NCBI RefSeq assembly: GCF_009914755.1
Contig: NC_060935.1
Length of the DNA stretch: 64,000 bases
DNA from: the human T2T-CHM13v2.0 reference genome, Homo sapiens
Direction: 5' to 3' (one strand)
Below are positions 29,346 to 40,500 of this stretch, in pieces; the first letter of the stretch is position 1; each line of letters starts with the position of its first letter. The position numbers were made by a program, and so were the translations under genes. Under the pieces are notes generated by a model. It ran no database searches. It saw only the letters and a list, made by a program, of their open reading frames with translations, and was not told the origin of the DNA.

Positions 29346-30163
29346 AACAACATCTAAGACCTTAGGAATTTCTGAGTGCTCTCAGATTTTATATGCTCCT
29401 TTATCTCTCATGGAAGTAAAACTCTTTCCCAGGACTTGGGATGTAAAGCCTCAGAAGCTTTTGCCTCCCAGCACTCCCAGGACCCCATTGAATGCAATGA
29501 CTTCAGTACCATCCCAAACCACCTTCTTAAGGCTTCCTCAAAGGAGTAAGCTATGCACTTGAAGGCAAATCCTAGAGGAAGGAGCAAATTCTGCAGGTGA
29601 GATAGGTAACTGGAGGGAGGTACACAGATCTGACACAGTTCAATAACCAGCTCTCCTATCTCCCTGGCAATCTTGCATTTTAAGTGTGAAGTCTACAATC
29701 TGTTCCACATCCCATTCTGCAGTTCTCAAGACAACACTCTTTCCCCCTAAAGGGAGGAAAATTTAATTCCTTTCCCTTTCCATGGCAACGTTTTTTAATT
29801 CCCCCTTCCAAGGTGTCTACCACTGTGTCCACTAGCCAGTCTTTTTCAGAGATATTTTCCTTCCAGTGAAACTGCCAATTCCTTTACCTATGGCAACTCC
29901 CATAATATACAATAGGGAATATGAAGTTTCACCTGCACTGCACAGCACCTTAATAATCAGGTAGAATGCTTATGTTTAAATGGAAAAGCAAGGAAATATA
30001 AAATTGTATATTGTCCATAATTATTTTAAAAATCATATTCCCAGACATGATGGGAAAGGAGAATATATCCCAAAGCAATATTCTTTGAAACTAACCATTT
30101 GAAGACATTTGTATAAGGAAAAATGTGCTTATACGGATGTTCTGTTAAAAAACTCTCAGCATT

Positions 30164-30593
30164 GCCATAAAAAAGGATGAGTTCATGTCCTTTGTAGCGA
30201 CATGGATGAAGCTGGAAACCATGATTCTGAGCAAACTATTGCAAGGGACAGAAAACCAAACACTGCATGTTCTCACTTATAGGTGGGAATTGAACAATGA
30301 GAACACATAGACACAAGGCAGGGAACATCAGACACCGGGGCCTGTCATGGGGTAGGGGGATGGGGAAGGGACAGCATTAGGAGAAATACCTAATGTAAAT
30401 GACGAGTTAATGGGTCCAGCAAACCAACACAGCACATGTATACCTATGTAACAAACCTGCACGTTGTGCACATGTACCCTAGAACTTAAAGTATAATTAA
30501 AAAAAAAAAAGAAAGAAAAAATGGTTAAGATGGTAAATACTATGTGTATTTTATTACAATTAAAAATAAAATATATAAAATCAAAAAAAAAAA
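30164..30593 (+). mobile_element. 5'-truncated L1PA 3' end carrying a short 3' transduction
   Basis: L1PA 3' UTR, poly-A, about 60 nt of foreign sequence, second poly-A. 18-bp TSD aaaaaactctc(a/t)gcattg. Confidence 0.85.
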
Positions 30594-31944
30594 CTCTCTG
30601 CATTGTAAAAAGCCTATACCAAAATAATCTCACCACCATGGGAAATAGGATTATAGGAAAGCCTCTTTTTTTTTTCTTTTCACTTTTCTGTATGTTTTAT
30701 TTTTACAAGGGAAAGGGCAAAAGAGATAAAGGGAAAGAAAAAGGAAAGAGAGAAAGAGAAAGTCACAAGCTAGCTTCTTCCTCCTCTGCGTATTACTTAC
30801 AGCAACCATTTGCAAATGTAAAACAACCTGTCATAAATCAATGAGATTAGATAATCTATATAACTACAATGTGCAAAGCTAGGCATTCATATTTATGGTC
30901 AGGAAAGAACAAGAATAAAAATGCTTCTATGAAGAAATTTGCCCATGTTATAGTAGTAAAAAAGATTTTTTTGTTAATCACTGAACCAAATTATGAGTTA
31001 TCTGATATAAGCTATCTGAACAGTAGTGGAGACCCCTCTCAAGGCAGAAAAAGAGAGGAAGAAATACCCCGGCTCTTCCCCTCTTTCCGCCCTCCTGTCT
31101 TCCACGTGTGCTTCCCATTTGCCAAACCGAGCCAAAAGCCTGCTGGCAAAGGAGCCTGAGAAATGTTATTTGCCAGGATCGGCCTCCTACAGTAGAGAAC
31201 AGAGCAGACAGAAGGTAGGATGTCCCAACTCCAGATCTATGACATTAATTACTGAACAGTACAGACATAATTACATATACAGTACAGGTTCATTTACATA
31301 AAACGCTCTCATACTTTGACAAGGCACCGTAGTCAAATAACATACATATGTATATTTATATACATGAGATCAACTGAATAAACAAGGTTTCAATACTAAA
31401 TTTGTACTGTCATGAAAGGCAAACTACTAATCAAAATGAGTAGTTAATAATTAAGAACAATAAAACATCTGAAATTGCCATGGAAAATCAGAAATAATAT
31501 CACCCAATACACATTCATAAAGGACATCAAAATGCAATCAGTGTTAAGTATATGCTGCTATCAAAGTGGACCAGGATTGCTCTTTTTCTTAAAGGAAAAA
31601 AAAAAACCACTAAAATATGCATGGGGAAAGTATAATAAGACTTGATCAAAGTGTTCTTTCTGTATAAGGCTAACAAAAAGCATCTGAAAATAATTCTGAG
31701 GAAAAAGTGACTTTTTGCCACTTTTCACTTTTTTTAACAGATTCAAATTTTATTTATTGTATTATCTTTATCATTTGTAGTCAGAATTTGACAGAGGTCA
31801 CAGAAGCTTTAGATTAATGTTATAAATATTTCTTGAAATGGTGACAAAAATATCATTTCTGCTTAAAATATAGTGATGAAGGGGAAAAAAATTTGGCCTC
31901 TTAAATAGAAAAAAAAATAGCAGCTGTCTATATGCTGGTAAAAC

Positions 31945-31947
<3 letters not shown>

Positions 31948-31992
<45 letters not shown>
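31948..31992. repeat. Pure (TA)n microsatellite, about 22 units
   Basis: Directly visible. Confidence 0.98.
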
Positions 31993-31994
<2 letters not shown>

Positions 31995-32192
31995 CAACTG
32001 AATAAACGAGATTTTGATACAAAATTTGTGCTGTCAAGAAAGGCAAACAGGACTGCCAGTTTCCTGCAGTTTAACCATAAGAAACACACATAATGAATTT
32101 CTGAAATGACATGTTTTAGAAGATTTTACCATTGGTCTAAGTATTGTCCCCTTTCTTAAAAAGAACAGAGACAATGTAGGGGAAATCCAATA

Positions 32193-32898
32193 AGTAGTCC
32201 TCCTTTATCTGTTATTTCACTTTTCACAGTTTCAGTTACCCATGGTCAACCTCGGTCAAAAAATACTAAATGGAAAATTCCTGAAAAAAACAATGTATAA
32301 GTTTTAAACTGCATGCAGTTCTGAGTAATGTGATGAAATCTCACACAGTCCCGCACCGCCCCACTCCGTCCTGCCTGGAACATGAATCATTCCTTTGTCC
32401 AGTGCATCTACACTGTGGACTACCCGCCGGTGACTCACTTGGGAGTCATCTCAGTGACCAGACCAACTCTCATGGTATTGCAGTGCTTGTATTCAACTCA
32501 CGCTTCTTTGACTTAATAATAGCCCCAAAGCACAAGAGGAGTGATGCTGCCAACATGGATATGACAAAGAGGAGCTGGAAAGTGCTTCTGTAAGTGAAAA
32601 GGTGAAGTTCTCAACTTAATAAGGAAAGAAAAGAAATCATACACTGAGGCTGCTGAGATCTACAGGAAGAATGAACCTTCTATCCATGAAACTGTGAACA
32701 GTATATCATTATAACTGTTCTGTTTTATATTAGTTATTGTAAATCTCTTACTGTGCCTAATTTATAAATTAAAGTTTATCAAGTACATATGTACTAGAAA
32801 AACCACAGTATATATAGTGTTCATTACTATCTGCAGTTTCAGGCATCCACTGGGGGTCTTGGAACATATTCCCCTTGGATGGAAGGAAACTATTGTAC
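32193..32898. mobile_element. MER44/Tigger7-family DNA transposon relic
   Basis: agtagtcctcctttatctg..ttcagttacccatggtcaac...ggcatccactgggggtcttggaac. Confidence 0.8.
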
Positions 32899-34292
32899 CA
32901 TCAGAAAGATAGATTTATTAAAACTGTGTTATATTATTTTGAACAACAATGTTACTAAAGTGATTCTTAAAAAATAAGTATGTCACAAGGAATTCAAATA
33001 ACTGAGTTACATGTGTGAATATCCGCAAAAGAATTTTGATATAACAAAATAGACTTAATGCTAAAAACAAACTACAATTTTCTTTACTTATTCAAAATTG
33101 TTGCAGGTCCTTAGAAAAATCATCACTGTACAGTACTAAGGAAAAAAATAATTAGGCTTTTACATGTTTATATATTGTGAGTTCAGGTATGAGTCTCCAC
33201 AGAATATGGCAATAATTATTTAAAATACACAGACACTTTCTAAATCGAATCTGTGAATGCTGTTTAGTGGTTTCTCTCAAAATTCTTTTCAGCGTTATGC
33301 ACCTCATCAGACTTGATAACAGCCTAGCAATTTTACTAAAAAAACACTTCACATATAAGAAAACTCAAGAGCTCTGAACTAAAAATAGTGCTAAATGGGG
33401 AATATTTCCTAATGTCTTAATATCTGGGCACCACAGACCAGGCTCAGGAACACATCCTCCCATGTGTTATCTAGCACCACCAATGTGGAAGTGCTAAAAA
33501 CCAGAAACAGGAATCAAAGAAGGTGACAGGTAAATTTCAGTAGCTGGTAATTCACAAACACAGAAATAGCCATCAAATAAGCCCCAAGGGTAAATTGTAT
33601 CACTATTCTTATTCAATTCTCTATTTTGAGTGGGAACAACAGGATGAGAAGACTGAAGGAAAAAACATGATTTCTGAAAGTGATTATAAAACTAGCTCTT
33701 CTGCAGCAAGGGTGTTGCCTTAAACTTCACTTCTAGAAAATATCTCCTCAGAGAGCCAATTAACCACAGGGAAAAATTATTCGGAGGCGATATTTAAAAT
33801 AATTTGGAAAAAACTATTAGAAAGCACCATTAGCATAATAATCACAACTCCTCTGCTAGGCAACAGCTGGTTAATCAACCTAAAATTAACACATTTACAT
33901 ATTAGCAAAGCTTTTAAATGTTATACTTTTCTATAACTGAGATTCATCCTTTCCTTCATCTCAGTCCCTTATCATTAAAGATACTCCTAAATTCAGAAGG
34001 CTCGCTAAAAATACAGGGTTCCAACAATGTATATAATTTTACCAGACATTTTATACAAAGGTTCCTATGAAACTCTAAGAACTTTACCTTTACAGGTACT
34101 TTATTATGGTAAGTTATTGTCAGTCTTCAGCGCTGCTAGAAAATGATACTGATCTCTTTCTACACTTGAATTCTGTGTACATTAGATTTACTAGTAAAAA
34201 TGTGCATGCAATATTTAAAGATATATTATAAATATAAATGATATAAATTCTGGGAAAAGAGTATGAATAGAAGAAGGGTAGAAGACCCTTCT

Positions 34293-34843
34293 TATATATA
34301 TATATATATATAATCAACTGAATAAACGAGATTTTGATACAAAATTTGTGCTGTCAAGAAAGGCAAACAGGACTGCCAGTTTCCTGCAGTTTAACCATAA
34401 GAAACACACATAATGAATTTCTGAAATGACATGTTTTAGAAGATTTTACCATTGGTCTAAGTATTGTCCCCTTTCTTAAAAAGAACAGAGACAATGTAGG
34501 GGAAATCCAATAAGTAGTCCTCCTTTATCTGTTATTTCACTTTTCACAGTTTCAGTTACCCATGGTCAACCTCGGTCAAAAAATACTAAATGGAAAATTC
34601 CTGAAAAAAACAATGTATAAGTTTTAAACTGCATGCAGTTCTGAGTAATGTGATGAAATCTCACACAGTCCCGCACCGCCCCACTCCGTCCCGCCTGGAA
34701 CATGAATCATTCCTTTGTCCAGTGCATCTACACTGTGGACTACCCGCCGGTGACTCACTTGGGAGTCATCTCAGTGACCAGACCAACTTTCATGGTATTG
34801 CAGTGCTTGTATTCAACTCACGCTTCTTTGACTTAATAATAGC
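34293..34843 (+). repeat. Dispersed direct duplicate of 31973-32523 (offset 2320 bp)
   Basis: Identical except for 2 substitutions seen (32372/34692 and 32469/34789). Confidence 0.97.
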
Positions 34844-35319
34844 GTCACAAACTAGATGTTTATTTTGAAACTAAAAGACCACAAACTAGATGTTTATTTT
34901 GAAAAATTTCTAATAAAGGAAGAAATAGCAAGATCCTAGACCACCATGACACTCCAAGTAAGACCTAGAAGAACCATTGTCCCTCCACCTGCATGTTTCA
35001 TGTAGTTTTTTCCTTGAATATCTTGTAAGTTTTAAAAATTTTTTGAAAGGCTATACAACAAATCATATCAGTAAAAGCAACATCCAGATCACCTAACAAC
35101 TTAAAGAGCATGCTTGAAATATAGTTTTCAGTTTAATGATTAACAATAGTCACATGCTTAAGCATTGGTTCAACAATTCAAACGGTTATAGGCCTTACGT
35201 TATGAAACTGCCAATTGTTAAAATTTTGACCTACAAAATTATCAATTTCATAGACTCCAACTATCAGAGTTCTCAGTAACGTATTAAATAACTTCAATAA
35301 TTAATACCACTTGATTCAT

Positions 35320-35377
35320 GCCAGAGAAGTCACAGAATCTTTAGCCAGAGAAGTCATAGAATCTTTAGCCAGAGAAG
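35320..35377. repeat. 24-bp tandem repeat, 2.4 copies
   Basis: gccagagaagtca(c/t)agaatcttta twice, plus gccagagaag. Confidence 0.95.
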
Positions 35378-35734
35378 ACGTACCACGGGAGAGGATAGGA
35401 TAGAGACAGACTTAACAGTTGTTTACTGAAGAGCTCCAAACAAACTGGCAAAAATTCAAAACCTGGGCTTTGCATATTAATCAATGGTTACATTTGTGAT
35501 GGTTCACAAAGCAACATAACATAAAACATTCCGCTTTTAAAGACTGAGATGATAAACATCACTAGGTCCTCTGAATTAAAATTCACTCATAAATCAAAAT
35601 AAACAGTTAAACATCACACAGGAATAAAAGAGCTAAGGATACTGATTTAAAAAACATTTGCAAATACTTTTTCTTTTATTCAAATTGAAAATGTTTTTAC
35701 AAGTTGATGGGTTAAAAAGAACCAGTCTAAATTT

Positions 35735-35968
35735 CACCTTATCTATGATTTCAGTTATCCACAGTCAACTGCAGTCCAAAAATGTAAAATGAAAAATTCC
35801 AGAAATAATTCATAAGCTTTAAACTGTGTGCCATTTCGAATAGTGCAATGAAATCTTGCAGTATTATGCTCTGTCTTGGCCAGGACATGAATCATCACCA
35901 GCATATCCACATTGTATATGCTACACATACATTAGTATATACAGGGTTCAGTACTCTCCGTGGTTTCT
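35735..35968. mobile_element. MER44A-like relic
   Basis: ttcagttatccacagtcaactgcagtccaaaa..aaaattccagaaataa. Confidence 0.7.
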
Positions 35969-37559
35969 TTCTCTTCATAATTTTAATATCTTATTTTCTG
36001 AAAGAGCCTAATATTTAATTGATAAACAATCTCACTGTAAACTGTAAATATTTTACTTTTAGTAATTCAGAAAAACTATAGCATTTTATTAGATTTCTTG
36101 AAATACTGAATCTAGTTACAGATTTATGAAGAGTACATAACCATAAATTACAAAAGGATAGAGCCCCATTTTAGGTTTTTACCATTGTTTTGATTTTTAA
36201 ATGACTATAATAAATATAAAACTCCTTAAATTTTTAAGTTCCAAAATTTCCAGCTCCTTTTTAGATATGTTTATTAAAAAACTAATATTCTGATGTCATA
36301 ACACAAATCAATAAAAATGTAATACTTAAGCCCTTTTATCTCTGAAGTAATTTAAAAAATTAACCAAATGGAATTGAGTGTAAATACTCCATAAAGGGCT
36401 CCCTAAATAAAAAATTTCACTCTCAAAGTTATATTTCACTTAGATTATTATTGAGAAAAAAGGGTCCCTAACTTACTTATTGCTTAAAATCAGTATGATT
36501 TTTGAGAGAAATGGTAGTAAAATTGTGGCTCTAATCTCATTTATACTGTTTTCATCATTCACTACACACTTTTGCAACCTAGCATTGCACTTATTTATTC
36601 AGAGTGATGCTTTATTTTTTTAAATAGAAGAAAGATTATGGCACCTGCCCTCAAGGAGCTTACACATAAAGAAATTAATAAGAGTATAAAATAAGAATAT
36701 AATGAGATGTTAAAATGTATTATATAAATAGTATTTTCCATAAGTGCTTAGACAATTCACTGTGGATTCCAGAAGTGAAATCAGTAATTTCATATGTATA
36801 CAGCATATGACATTTTAATACAGAGTAAACAGACCATCACATGAAATACTAATGTCACCTTTGTTCCATTCAGTAAATTCAATACAGATTTACTGAAGAT
36901 TTAAAAATTGTAGGAAAAGTAGGGGATTGAAAAAGAGGCAAAAAAAGTTACTGAATGTTCTTTCCCTGGAATGCTGGCACCTCTGAGGATTGCCTGATTC
37001 CATAGGCGTATGGGATTTTGTTTGTCTTTTGATTCAGCTATTTTACAACTCTGCAGAGATGGAACTTGCCTTATAGAAAAATGAGAGTAATACAGATCAT
37101 TCCTATCCACAGAAATGCAAACTGTACCCAGTGAAACAGAACAGTTTTGCCAGATTTACATCCATATGCATGCATTTTAGAATGGTTGCTCTATAAGAGT
37201 ATGGTAATTTTTGAATTCTCCTTTGAACCACTTTTAACAACTGACTTGTTCTTTCATTAATAATGAGTTAAATATCTTTGGCTTGTGCTCATTCTATATT
37301 TCTATGAGAGTCATGATTATATCCTCTTTTAAACTTTATCCTTCAATAAAATGAAAACAAGATGACCCCTACCCTTCCTCAAAGAGCTCACAACCTAGTA
37401 GGGAGACAAAGACATTACTATTCAACTAGATTAATACAATAAGGAAAGCATCATGATACAGATAGGAACAGCATACTATAAGAAGTGAAATAAAACTATT
37501 TCCCATCTGAAACTTTTAGGAAAGCCTTACATCTTAAGTTACTTACATGAATAGACTTA

Positions 37560-40500
37560 GGGACAAGATAGATGGTGGATAGCAGACAATGCTAACGTGT
37601 AGCTCCCACTTGGACAGACAGAACAGTGTGTGGAGAACACCATGATCTTTACCATGATCTTTTGCTCCAAGAACCACCAAAGAAATGTATCAGGAAAATC
37701 AAAAGAATTCAAAGATCTTTGAATGAAGCAGCATGCCACTGCAAATTGCACAGGACAGGCAAAAAACTGAGTTCCCAAAGTATGAGAGGGAGAAAACCTG
37801 CCTCTGAACACACAACCCCACTGGAGAATCCATAAATCCAGATTACAGGAAAATGATTTAAACTTACCTAGAGCTTAAACAAATTTAAGGACTCATGAAA
37901 AACATAAAAGTGGAAACAGCAGTGAGAGGAAGTGACTTGCATGTACTCCCAGTCTCCAGCTCAAGCCCAGGGAAGCCATCCCCAACTATACCTCACAGGG
38001 GCCTTCAGGGAAGGCAGGCAGCAGAATTAGGGAGGGATCACAGGACAGAGAAAGCTTCCTACTGAAATAAGTAGTAATTCTGACTGGGCGTGAATTTCCT
38101 TGAGCAGAATCTGGGAGGCAAACAGGAATTGCTTCAGATACAAACGTAGGAGCCACTGGTGACAGACAGGGAGGGGCAAGGTGGGAAAGCCATGCTTGCT
38201 TTCTCAGCAGGAAAGCTCACAGCCTGGGGCAAGTTCTGAGTGGGGCACTGCAGGAGCCAGGCCAGCCTCACCAACTATGAGGGAGTTGGGTAAGGCCTCT
38301 TGCTACAGCTATCACCCATTTCCCTGAGAAACTATATAGAACAACAGAGGCAACCAAAAGCCCCTCTGGAACATAACCCCATTGGCCTGAGAACCACCCC
38401 CTCAATCCCCTACAGTGGCCACAGCAAGCCTCACCCAAGGAAAGTCTAAGCTTGGACCCACCTAAACCAGCCCCAACCTGATGGTATTTCTCTATTTTCC
38501 ATGGTTGCCAAACACAAAAGATAGAAACTCTTGGGGGCTTTATGGCCCCATCCATCACCTGACAAACTAAAATCCTTATCCTGGCCAATGCAGGGCAAGC
38601 ACAGATCCCCCTACTACTACTATAGCTGATGCTCTTTTGAAAATGCCACCCACAGGCTGGAGGCCAATCTACTTGGGCCATAACAGCAACTTATGACAGA
38701 ATAATCTTGCTGCCAGGAAGAAGAAGACAATAGCTAATTCCACTGCCCACAACATCCTGGCTAACCAATGGTCCTTAGTCTCTCCATTTGACAACTTTAC
38801 TGCTAGCATAACCAGCATTCGAGAAAGCCAGCACACTAAACGTATCTACAACCAAGGACTGGGTCTACCTCACTCCCCTGCCACCTCCATCCAAGCAAGT
38901 GCTGGCATCCATGCCTGGGAGACCTGAAGACAGATCACATCACAGGACTCTTTGCAGACATTCCCTAGCACCAGCGCAGAGCCTGGTAGTCCTGCTGGGT
39001 GGCTAGACCCAGAAGAGAAATAAGATTCACTGCAGTCCAGCTCTTAGGAAGCCCCATCCTCAAGAAAAGGGGGAGAGCACCACATCAAGGGATCACCCCA
39101 TGGGACAAGGAAATCTGAACATTAAGACTTGAGTTCCACACCTTTCCACTTAAACAGACTACCAAAATGAGAAGGAACCAGAAAAGTAATTCTGGGAATA
39201 TGACACAACAGGATTCTACACTACCACCAAAAGATCACACCAGCTCCCTAACAATGGATCTGTACCTAGAAGAACTCTCTGATTTGCCAGAAGAAAAAAA
39301 AAATATCAGAAGGTTGATTGTAAAGCTAATCAAGAAGACACCAGAAAAATGTGAAAACCAATGTAAAGAAATTTTTTTAGAAAATACAGGATATAGATAG
39401 GAAATTCTCCAGAGAAATAGGTATCATAAAGAAAAAACAATCACAAATTCTGGAAATGAAAGACACACTTACAGAAATACAAAACACCCTGAGAAGTTTC
39501 AACAATATATGAGAACAAGGAGAAGAAAGAAGTTCAGAGCTTGAAGAAAATTAACCCAAATTAACTTTTGGCTTTCAAATTAACCCAATCTGACAAAGAC
39601 AAAAAAAAAAAAAAAGAATAAAAAAATGAACAGAGCCTCCAAGAAATTAGGGATTATGTTAAATGGCCAAACCTAAGAAAAATAGGTGTTCCTGAGGAAG
39701 AAAAGAAATCTAAAGTTTAGAAAACTTATTTGTAGGGTTAATTGAGGAAAACTTCCTTGGCCTTCCTAGAGATCTAGACATCTAAATACAAAAAGCTCAA
39801 AGAACACCTGAAATATTCACCGCAAAAAAATCACCTGCACACACAGTCATCAGGTTATCTAAATCCCTCATAGTTGGTGAGGCTGGCCTGGCTCCTGCAG
39901 TGCCCCACTCAGAACTTAAGACGAAAGAAAGAATCTTAAGAGCTGTGAGATAAAAGCATCAAATAAGCTACAAAAGAAAACCTATCAGATTACCAGCAGA
40001 TTTGTCAGAAGAAACCCTGTAAATCAGAAGAGACTGGGTTCCCATCTTTAGCCCCCTTAAACAAAATATTTGTCAGCCATGAATTTTATCTCCAGCAAAA
40101 CTAAGCCTCATAAAAGAAGGAGAGATAAAGTCTTTTTCAGACAAAAAAATCCTGAAGCAATTTGCCACTACTAAGCCAGCACTACAAGAAATGCTAAACA
40201 GAGTTCTAGATCTTGAAACAAAACACTGAAAGACACCAAAATAGAACCTCCTTAAAGCATAAATTTCACAGGGCCCATAAGACAATAACATAATGAAAAA
40301 CAACATATTAAGGCAACAATTAGCATGATGAATAGAACAATACCTCACATCTCAATACTAACAGTGAATGTAAATGGCCTAAATGCTCACTTAAAAGACA
40401 GAGAATGGCAGAATGAATTAAAAAAAAAAAAAAAAATTCCACCAACCGATTATTTGCTGTCTTCAAGAGACTCCCCTAAGGTGACGACTCAACAAAACTT

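Noticed and set aside
32330-34868. Two near-identical ORFs (MMKSHTVPHRP...) suggesting a duplicated small gene
   Set aside because: Chance frames within a MER44 relic, duplicated passively in the 550-bp copy.
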